NCBI GenBank assembly: GCA_010015805.1
Contig: ML978121.1
Span: 3,906,001-3,970,000 of the forward strand
DNA from: Rhizodiscina lignyota
Taxonomy: Eukaryota
Reading direction: 5' to 3'
DNA: 64,000 nt
Positions 50,297 through 60,777 of this stretch are shown in pieces. Below the pieces are notes generated by a model. The model did not search any database. It worked only from the letters and a program-made list of their open reading frames with translations, and was not told where the DNA came from. A program made the position numbers and the translations under genes. The first letter of the stretch is position 1; each line of letters starts with the position of its first letter.

Positions 50297-50785
50297 GCCT
50301 TAGTTCTTTCAATTCCTAAGCTTGGTGTCTATGTATCATGTTCCCAAGCGGCGTTACTTCCCTCAGTGTCTGAACTCGGTACCGGTATACTATTTACCCT
50401 TTGTTGCCTTAGTTCAATTACCGCCCAAGCTAGGTATCTCTACCCCTTACCGCGTAGACCCACCGAAGTAACATAAGGACCTGTATGCTGGACTTTATGC
50501 CCCCGTCTCATCGATATTCAGCCAATCAATGCTCTTTCGCATCTAAGTCTCCCCTTTGCTACGCTTCTACGCCAATCAAATCGAAGCTCAACGCTGTATA
50601 TCTTCGAGGCAATAGAGCATTCTCGTCCAATCGCATCAATGCTTACCACCCATTACATCATACAATTGCCTCTGCTCTACCTTGATCGCCTCACTGCTTG
50701 AGCTTCACATCAGCATATGGCCCACTGTGGACGTCTTCACTCCACCTACATCCCAAGCTCAATATTTCTACCCCTTACCGCGTGG
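50297..50785 (+). repeat. Degenerate dispersed direct repeats (three copies)
   Basis: 50424-50457 vs 50752-50785 match at 29/34 ungapped. 50297-50330 vs 50406-50439 align ungapped and share GCCTTAGTTC and CCYAAGCTWGGTRTCT. Confidence 0.75.
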
Positions 50786-51009
50786 GCTTATGTAGGCATC
50801 ACAGTCACTTGCATACAAATACAGTTTACAATGGAGTACCTTCTCCATTTGTGCTTGCTTATCGGACACCTATACCGGCGGCCAGCACCTACTGGCCGCG
50901 CAGTGTCCGCTTGTTCGTAGAGTACATTCAATTTGATTCCCCAAGTCCAATCGTACCTTCCTCAAACCCCACCTAATTCGCCTATTTAGGCATAGTGCTA
51001 CTTCAGTCG

Positions 51010-53985
51010 TTACTTCCTCTCCTTGGGAAGACCTCGTCCACTTCCTCCCTTCATGACCTCCTTGAAGCTACCCAACTGCACCCCAGCCGGACCCTTGCCC
51101 ACCGCCGAAGCCGGAAACGACGAATGACCCAGCGCGCTTGGTACGTCCGCCGCCTCGAAGAAACTGTCCACGCCCGACCTGCTGCTGCCACGCTGCTCGT
51201 CCGCGGGCGTACCGAACTTGGCAAAGTAGTCCTGCTGCTCTTTTGCGAATGCTGCCTCGTCCTCGGGTGCCTCGTCGCGTACCTTCTCACGAATGTGGCC
51301 CTTGTCGCGGCGGTACTGGTCAAGGTTCTCCAAGACGCCCATGAGAAGAAGATTCATGGGATCCTTCTTGGCGTCGAGTTTCGGAGCGGTGGCGCTGCCA
51401 GCTTGCGTGGCGTTGCGGTTACGAGAAGGCGGCTGGATGGGGCCTGGGACGGAAGGGCGACGAGATGCAGAGGGCGAGTAAGGCGGAAGCGATCTGTCCA
51501 GGTTCTGAGAACCTGCCAGCAGCGCATCAAGGTTCGCTTGGAGACGACCGACTTTGTTGGTGCCAGAGTTCCACCAACCATTCAGGGTGCGCTTGTAGTT
51601 GTCACGATTTTCTTCCTCGCGTGCCTTGAGCAGACTTGCCGCGTCCCAGACACCTTTTGCTGGATCAGGCTCTAGATCGTTGTGCACCGGAGGGACGCGT
51701 CGAGGCTCAATGGGCTCAGCGATGCTCGTACGATGAAGATTCGATGGGTTGGGAACCGGCTCGTAGGGCAATTCTGTCTGCTGGTACGCCTGTACATCCT
51801 GCTGCTCATAAGCCTGGTACATTCTTCCATCATAGCGTTCATAGATTGGCCAAGGTACCACCGGTGGGAGCGGTGTCGCAACAGCAACGCGAGGATCGAG
51901 TTGTGGCATGCTATGCTCTGTGCCAGCAACACGGCCAGTTTGAAGCGGATCGTTCATGACGGTGCGTCGTGGTTCTTCGGCCGCAGCGACCTCGGCAGCA
52001 CGCATGCCGTCAATGCGACGTAGATAATCTCTCATTGCCGCCATGTGGTCTTGTGGTACTACTGGTCCTGCTTGAGTCGAGTCGAGAGGCCTATCGTAGA
52101 TACTGAAACCGGGTGGCGCTTGACCCATCTGTAGTAGACCCAACGGCGCTTGTGCCATCATTCCTGCCCTCGGGGCAGACATCGGTTCATTCAGACCAGC
52201 TTGAGTGGGAATGGCTCGATTGAACGGCGCAAACTGTAGGGCAAAGTGATCAATAATGTCCCGTGCTTCTATTGCGTTAGGGTGGTTTACGTTTCCGCTG
52301 CCGAAAAAGCTCAGCAGGCGCATCTTCTCCTCTTGCTGAACTCTCTCGTGGATCGGCTTGGGGGTCTCTCGCTCTAGAATAGGCTGCGTAAAAGTAGCTG
52401 CGTACTGTACAGGGTGACTTGGAGGGAAACGAAATTCTGGATCCATACTTGGTGGACGCGGAATCCTCATTCCAGACTGGCCGTCATGGTACTCCTGCGG
52501 CAACGGTGGCTGCGCAGATGAAGGGGCAGCGACGAACGGGTCCTCCATCGCTGGATTGATGGTAGGAAGTGCCGACGGTAGAAGAGAAGGCTGTCGCTTT
52601 TGCTTGTGAAGTTGCAGATTCTTCAGGGTGGGCACTGCAGGTGCTACGGGTGGGGTCGCGACACCGGCAGAGGAGAAGGAGCGGAAGTCTTGACGAGTAG
52701 TCTGCAGCGAGTGAAGCGCAAAGCCTGGACGCTCGGCGGCGCCAGCTCCTCCTTTCATCGATGGAGCAGGTTCAGTAGCACCCATCTCGTTCATCTCACT
52801 CTTGGCAATCAGATCCTCGTAAGGATTGTGCTCGACTTGTTTCGCAGCGAGCTTGAAGAACTCTAGGTTATCCTGTGGAGTCTGACCTGGCGGACAGCAC
52901 AGTTCTGTGTTGACCAACTCGCCAAAGACGTGTCTGTTCGAGGCAACATAGATGCCAAGTTCTTCCCAGAAGTAGTTTTTCGCGTCCCAGCGGTGTGCCG
53001 AAACATTGCCGTTTGGATGGAAAGCGAAGCGCACCTCGTTCTCTTTCTCGCCGACGGTCTCGTCTAGATAGTTGCGAGGAGGAGGCATTCCGCCGAACAC
53101 GTGAGTGACGTGATGCTTGTGCTCCTCAAACGCCTGATAGCCGAAAGAGCCAGGCTCCATAGTACTGGGATCTTGGCCATAGTCGATTGCGGTTGCTCGT
53201 GCCTTTCCAGTGTTTGCACGAGGAGCGGATGGTAGGAGTGACAAGTTGGGCTGGGCTTCGTAGTCGCTGTCTGGCGTGTCTACAAGACGAAACACTAGAG
53301 TCAGCTAAAACCCATTGCCTGTGAGGCCAGCAGAGAAAATAGATCATGTACCTTCAATCGTGCTCAAATCCAACGGCTTCCATGCCTTCCCGCCTCTTGC
53401 TCGTCCGCTCGGCTTCAACTTGACAGTACCTGAAGATTCACCAGGGGCAGGCGAGCCGGCGTCACTATCGCCGCCCTGCTTGCCCGGAAGGCGCACACCA
53501 GAACGCGCCATGTCGGCAAAAGTCTGCGTACCGACCCTGACGGGTGTCTGGCTCGGCGGAGCTGACATCACTGACGCACTTCCGATCTCACTCGTGGTTG
53601 CTTGGTACGAGGGTGTTTTGAACACGGCGCGATCTTCGGACCACTGAGAATCAATCTCGTCTTCCCAGTCTTCGGGAATGTACGTGCTGCGTCCTGGCTG
53701 GGGAGCACTGTCAGGCGCGCGAGTTGTGATTTGGATGTGAGAGAAGTTGGCTGCGGATGAAGATCTTGGTTGCGGGGTGCTTGCGGACTGGCGAACTTGC
53801 GAAGATTGTGAGGTAGAACGCGGATGGGGTCGACGCCGTGCTAGTTTTGATGAGAAGTAAGTTCGTTTGATGAAAGAAGGTGCGGGAAGGCGGGTGGTAG
53901 GTTTATTGTTGTGGTTGTTATTGTTGTTCAAGTGAAAGAATTACTTACGCCGGCGACGCACACCACTCGTGAGCTTGTTCGACAT
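51010..53985 (-). CDS. Large (~935 aa), mostly low-complexity hypothetical protein with a short Doa1/PLAA-like motif
   Basis: Exon 53985-53949 (MSNKLTSGVRRR, GTAAGT donor), exon 53840-53352, exon 53294-51010. Both splices restore frame; the last exon is a 761-codon open frame. Confidence 0.8.
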
Positions 53986-54085
53986 CTCCGTTACTTTGCC
54001 GCGAAAATTGGAAAGGTTCTTACTTGCTGTCTGTAAACGAGACTTGTTGAGTCAAGAGAAGCAGAGGTTGAAGAAGGTGGAAGAG

Positions 54086-54104
54086 GTTGTGTTGTGTTGT
54101 GTTG
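54086..54104 (+). repeat. (GTTGT)x~4 microsatellite upstream of the hypothetical gene
   Basis: gttgtgttgtgttgtgttg read directly. Confidence 0.8.
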
Positions 54105-55272
54105 AGAGTTGAATTTACGCGACAGAAGCGCGCATGTTTGACCGTGACGTAGAGAAGCAGAACAGAGGGAAGGCGCGCAAATGGTCACTTAGCGCCGCCA
54201 TAGCACCACTACCACGCAAAAAACTCTTAGGACAACAAAAAGAGAGAGCACATTCACTCCGCAGGGAGCCTCTGATTGCTTCATTCGTTACTTTTTGTCC
54301 ACTATTTGCACCATCTCCTCTTACGTCTGTCCAGCTAAGTACCTCCAGATCACGCAGAGGTAGACACACCCATTGCTCCGCGGTGCAAGTGAGGCAGCAG
54401 TCTCTCTAGAGCTTATAAGGCAAAGAGACGATGAGTCAAATGCGCCGGATAGGCACATTATCACTCTCAAGGCAGCACGCATTCGTGAGGCTCAGCACGC
54501 ACGCTCTGCTGCTGCAGGACTGCCATGATCCTCCACATCTTGTCATCACTACACAGGACTGCTCTTTCACTTGAGTGGGAATTGGACTGGAGGAATATGA
54601 AAAGGGTCGCTGAAGGTGATTCACTCGAAGTCGTTTGGATCGAGTGAAGTCGAATTGGGATGCTTAGCTAATAGATTCACTCGCCGCTTTAAGGACTCAA
54701 CGTTAGCGTGATTGGGCTTCACTCTCAACCGCAGTTCATTGTTTACTGCCATTGAACAATTTATTATAAACAACGTCTGAGTCTTCCTGGACGATAACAA
54801 AACATCGAGCCGTCTGCAACCTGTGACGCCCAAAGTCGATCAGCACTTACACCTCGGACTGCTCGAGGACGTAGCTGAAAGCACAATTGTACGTTTTAAA
54901 AAGTATACTAAACAGTAGTGAGCATTGGAAAACTCGTATACTCTATAAGCCACAGATGCTGCAGACGATTACCGTCCACTGTGTGAAAAGACGCGGCCGC
55001 CATAGATTGTGCCTTTCCACATGGCGAGCCATTGGAGACACCGGTCAACGAGCTTGCCACCTTCTGGAATGTTAGTAGGATCATATAAATATCACTACAA
55101 CGATGCGAGGTTTAGCACGATTCATCATCTTAATTCCCTATCAAAATGCCTATCACACCGTCGCTATGGTATACCCACGCGCTTTAAAGCGCGAAGCCGA
55201 AAAGACCAACCCAATCCCTTACTGTCACAATCAGCTTGAAACTCCAAAAGTCATGCAAAAATCAAAATCGCA

Positions 55273-58200
55273 CTACTGCCCATCCCGTCCCCACTCCTCC
55301 ACCACGCTCTTCACTTTCTCGTCCTTGCATGCATAGATATTAACATGCGCATCACTCATCGCGCTCGCCGCAACCATCATCCGATGCGGATGGAACGCCA
55401 TCGCACTGATCGGCGCATACCGACTCGTGCCCAAGAACCTCGTATACGGCTCGAAGCTGTTTAGCACCTTCCCTTCCATGTTGAACAGCTTGACCGTATG
55501 CTTGCTCGTGCCGACCGCGAAAACGGGCGCATGTTCGTGCACGCTCAAGGTGCGGAGGGTGTCTTTCGTCGCGCGAACGGACCGGATGGAGTGCGCGAGG
55601 CGCATGTCCCACAGCTTGACTTCGCCGGAGCGGCAGCCGGAGACGAGTTCGCGCTGACCACCGCGCTGGAGGTGCACGTTTGTGACCCATTGGCGGTGCT
55701 CTTTCCATACTTTGACCATGGCGGTGCTGGGCTTCAGGCGCACGTCGTACAGGCGGACGGCACCGTCGCCGAAGCCGGCGCAGAAGACGAAGCCTTCGAC
55801 TTGGTCGGAGGTGAGGGATGTGATGCAGGAGCCGGAACGGGCGGGGATGTCCTACATCATATTCTGTTAGTGGATGTTTGGAAAGGGAGAAGATAAGATA
55901 TGATATGATGAGGAAAGGGAAACTTACAGCGCCGCAGACCTCCGAGCCCGCGTTCCACACTCGTATGACCTTGACATCGCCCGCAACGAGGATATTTCCC
56001 CGGCTCTGCTGCCAGTCGAACACCAATCCCGCATTCCTATTACTCGGCACCAGATCCGTCAACGCGCGCCACGCCTCCACAAGCTCAATACCCTTCTCAT
56101 CTTCATAGTTTCTAAAGATCCTGATAACCCCATCACTGCTCCCTGTCATGAGCAGCGCCTGATCATCCTCGTTAATGAGCCTAATCTCAGTGACCCTACT
56201 GCCTGCAGGATTTCCGTTCGAGAACCTGTTTAAACGCGCAGTCTTCTTCCAGTCGAACACATTGACCGTATCCCTATCATCGCTGATGATCAGATGGTCC
56301 TCAAACTGGTGGAAGCACATCTTCATCGGCTGCGCGTGTACGTTAAAAAAGCCCCTCGATTTGTCCCACGGATTGCTGCCCGCCATCTCCTTTAAGGGCT
56401 GCGTCTTCGCGATGATCTTGTCGTTGCGGTTACGCCGCCATAGTCGCTCGTTGTAGTCGGTGCTGCCGGGCTCGTCGGCCTCGGTAGCCTTCATCTGCGG
56501 CTCGCGGAAGTACTCGACGGACCAGTCGTAGAAAGTGGATTTCAAGGGGAGTGAGGGGATTTCGATTGATGAGACGGGCCGGAATTGGCGGGGCGTGGGA
56601 ATGTAGTAGGCGTGGTAAGAGGAGGGGGCAGGTTTCTCGTCGTGCTCGTCGGGCGGACGCTGCCATTCTTCTGGAATGCGACCGCGGGGACCGCCAACGA
56701 CACCGGAGTGGGTTCCACGGAGAGGAGTCTTGCCGGATGGGGGACTAGTGTCGTTGCCAGGTGTCGAGATGCCGAAGGCGAAGTTCTTGAGCGATTGAGC
56801 GACGCTCGCGGTTCGCTTTATGCCTAGAGAGAGATATCCTTCCCTTGACGGCGTAGGTGGTGTGACGGGCTGTGAGGATTGTAATATCGACTGCGCTTCC
56901 CTAGCATATGATTGCGACGGTCTTACCTTGCTGCGTGTCATCTGTTCAATGGTATCCATTAACGGTTGCATTTTGTTCGCAAGAGGAGAGCGAAGTGCCG
57001 CGTTCAGAACATTCAACGTGATGATCAGAGCATTCTGCGCGACATCCGGCTGTGGATCGGCAGTCAAGCTCAGCACTTGAGTCCAGATCGCATAGTAGAC
57101 CTTGTTGAAGGATACGCCTTTGTCTTCTGGCGTGCTCTTTCCGGAACGGGGCTTCACCAAAAGGCCATCTGCTCCACGTTCGTTCGAAGTGTCATCTGAC
57201 TTGGGAGCGAAGAGCTCATTCTTCTCTTCGACCATGTGCTCGTACGCCGCAACAACAAAGCGATTCTCGTAACGCGTGATGAAAGTCGAGAAGAAGACGA
57301 GTAATTCCTTCCGAACCATGCTGTTGCCATCAGAAGCCATGACAAGCACATTCGACGCCACGGATTCCTCGATTTGGATGATCTGAAGCGTCATGTCTGG
57401 AATGCCGATGAAGTTGTTGAGAGCATGCAACATGGCAGCTCGCACTTCAGCGACCGGATCGATGACAAGCTCGCACAGTCGCGAGTATGCGCCGCAGCGA
57501 ATGCCCATCCATTTCGCTTCCGGATAGTTGATCCACAGCATGCTCAGGCACAGACACGACCACTGCCGAAGAAGCGGGTTCGACATGTCAATCAGATGCT
57601 GGATGCAGCTCTCGACCAACTCGGGGATCAAGCAGACGTTCTGGCCTTGTCTGAAGTCCTTGCAGAACATTGCAATGATAAAGGCACACATTGCACGATG
57701 CTCGGCCATGTTTGTGATTGGCATTCCCGACCTTGGGTCCAGGATGGTGATGAAGTACTGGTATCCATTGTCCTTGAGTAGGTCTGTCTGGCATGTTTGG
57801 TCGACTGCAAGGATCCTCGCCCAGATAAAGATCATCACTGGCTTGAGCTCCACAGCTTGTGATTGAAGCAGCTTGAGCACGTACGGGAATATTCCAATGC
57901 TCAGTGCCAGATTGACTGCCCATGGTCCGAGGTCGAGGAACTTGCTGAGAAGGATGAGCGCGCGAAGGCGATGAACTTGACTCAGCAGGACCTGTAACAC
58001 AATTGGAAGTTGCTCCGGCACCTTCTGTTCCACGGCACCTTGTCCAAGGTAGACTTCAAATGCTGTGAGTTGTTCTGCGAAGAAGTTTGAATGCTGGTAC
58101 TCGTATTGCTTCTCGCCTCGTTCTGCTGCGAGTAAGTCTGGAAGCTGAGCGAGGATCATTTCGACTGCCAGATCCCAGCTGCGCCAAAGTGGGTGGTTGT

Positions 58201-59563
58201 GAGTGTCAGGAATCTCTGGATGACACTGAGGGTGGCAGTGATAGACTCGCATGATTCGCTGCGCAAGCAAGAAATTACGGAAGAGAGCGGCGACCATGAG
58301 GTCTTGACGGAAAAGTCGTTTGAACAGCGGCTTCGGAAGTGAGTTCCAGGCAATAGTGTCAGTGATGGCAGTGAATATCCAATTCAGCTCTCCAATTGGC
58401 GTTCTCCTTTCCGAGACGCGTCCTGGAATATTGTTGGCATCATCGATTGTAATGCCGCTGGGTAACGGGTTTTGTAGGATGAAGAAGCGAACAGCCATCT
58501 CGATAGGCGTTGTGAGGCAGGATGTGAAGATGTCCGCAGGTAGATCAGGATTTGTCGGGAGAGTTTCTTTCTCTTGACAGGAAGCCAGATGAATGCAGTC
58601 ATTAAAGTCGAAAATCTCGGCCTGTGGGTCGCGATGGCGAACCTCTGCCGCCTCTTGCTCGTGTCTCTTGGCACACAGAATGAAGTTCTTGATAATGGAA
58701 CCCGCATCTGCACAGTCCCAGACAAACAGACTAGGTGCACCAATCCAGGACTGGAGGTCGTAGAGAGAGATTGGAATGTACTGAGTGTAGTTGCGATTGA
58801 AGACCCAGATTTCGCCAGAGTGAGTTGGCTTTGGCACTCCATGGCCGTTGTAGTGAAATAGGACGCGCTCGTTGCGCGCATTGCGCCTCAGAGTTGTAGA
58901 GTAGCGCCTCGTCTCTTCCACCGTTGGATCCAAGCACAACTTGTAGCGCGTGCGCATGCTCAGCTGCTCATATTGCTGCTGAAGCGCCTTTCCAATCTGA
59001 TTGATGGGGCTGTTACTGTTTTGTCCGCTTGTGTTTGTCGGATCCACCCAGCATTCGAGTTTGGCGCATGGATTCGTTTTCACTACGTCGGGCGGGTCGA
59101 CGCCGAGGTTGAGGCAGAGGGCGAGGACGGCAGAAACAGTCTTCAGGCGGTCGCGCATGCGCCACTCTTGCAGAGGATACTGGCTCTCCACTGGCTTTGG
59201 CTGCCCACCGCTCTCGTGCTTCTTGTCGGTGTAGTACATGAAGTAGTTCGAGTTCAAGCTGTACATCTGCTCCTCTGAAGCTAGCTGTGTATCGAAGCCA
59301 TGTCTGATCCCCCACTCTACCTCTGCAGAATTCTTGTCATTCTCGCTTTGGCGGCTTCGCTCGCGAGGCGAAAAGTCGCTTTTCGCGCGCAGCAGATCTG
59401 GTCTGCCTCGGAGAAGCGCACTAGGCTGGAGGCCACTCCTCGGCGCAGAGGTTGGCCTCTGTTGTTCATCGGAGTTCTCGTCATCGTCGCTCTTTGAGTC
59501 TGGATGTTCGATGCGAGGGGGGCTGCGTCCCAATTCGGTGCTCGACTTCTGGAGGGGCTTCAT
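55273..59563 (-). CDS. KOG1: TORC1 subunit Raptor (Kog1/Mip1)
   Basis: Exons 59563-55928 and 55851-55273. RNC domain (WRMRDRLKTVSA..CLNLGVDPPDV, LFHYNGHGVP, PADIFTSCLTTP, EQLPIVLQVLLSQVHRLRAL), HEAT region, C-terminal WD40 repeats. Confidence 0.97.
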
Positions 59564-60777
59564 CGTGAACGAGGTGGAGGGAGAAGCATCACATCGTTGA
59601 GGAGACGTGATAACTCAAGACTGAAGGCTGAAGGCTGGGCTATAAGATCGGAGTTTGCTTCATTCGTTCACCGAGATATGACGGCACGTGCCGCACATCT
59701 GCCGACGATGGGCCACCGCGGCCGAAATGTATCCGAGATGCCGGAGAGAGGCCGACAGGGCTGACGGCACGAGCCCGATAATTACAAACGTGTATTTGCA
59801 CTTCATAGATTCGATACCATCATTGATGTCCAGGACCCCTGGTATTCAGCGCGCATGTGCAGTCGTATCCTCTACTATTATTGTTATTGCTGCGGTGCGA
59901 CATTTGTACCTGCACCGGCGATCTCGCTCTGCGCGTTCCGAGATCCACCACGTGACTGCCAAGACCCACGATCCGAGCGGACGGGGAGCAGAAGTCGTGC
60001 TTGTGAGAGCTGTCCAGACGTAATAGACGGCAATCAGAGAATGTTCGAGAGGCGCGGACGTCGCAGGATCTGCAATTGGCCCGCGGGGAAGGTTCCGTCG
60101 CTCGCAGCGTGCAGACAAGCGCACGCCTGCTTTTTCGCGGCAAAGTAGCTAGAATCAGGGGCTCTCCTGTTTTGGGGGGCTCCATACCTTTGCCTGCCCA
60201 ATCGCACGCCGCCTCGCGCAATATCGAGGAATGGAGCGTGCCTATTCGAGTGCCTCGCCAGCGCTGCTGCTGCTACTCCTAAGGTATAGGGGAGATTGGC
60301 CGACCAGAATAGCAGGCTCAGCTGGTTGTGGAAATAAAGTGACGGGGATTTGCGAGCATCACGTCCGGTGCGTGCTCACTCAAGCCTCCGCGCGCGCATC
60401 TAGCGCCCACCCTGAATGCACCTCCACACTTTTTTGCTTGCTGAACACAACCACTCCCATTCCACACACCTCAAAGCTGCCCTTTTCGTCTTCTCTCTGA
60501 CGTCGACCGTCCTCTGCGCGCCCTGCCAGCGCTTCGCGTCGACCTTACTGCCGCCTTTCAATGCGACACCTCCGACGCCGCCATTCGCTCCCTGCCAGCA
60601 AGGTCGACCCCAGCCCAGCGCATCTTGTTTGAACCCGCCGAATACAGCAAGCCTGGCCCTCGCACTCTACCTGCTACCGCACCACACCACCGTCGCTGGC
60701 CAGACGTGCACTCCTTCTTCTGCATGCTCATTCATCCGCACCGCTGCGCGACGCCCCCTTCGCGGCCCTGAGCCACC

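Noticed and set aside
50995..51675. 226-aa + strand ORF
   Set aside because: Antisense to the 761-codon exon of the hypothetical gene; no independent support.
53841..53948. Poly-Asn N-terminus MNNNNNHNNK in the ORF track
   Set aside because: It lies in intron 1 (GTAAGT..CTAG) and starts at TTG; it is an AAC-rich intronic tract.
55352..55927. ORF-track C-terminus of the 1403-aa Raptor ORF
   Set aside because: Read-through of intron 55927-55852. The real WD40 end is in another frame, finishing at 55273.
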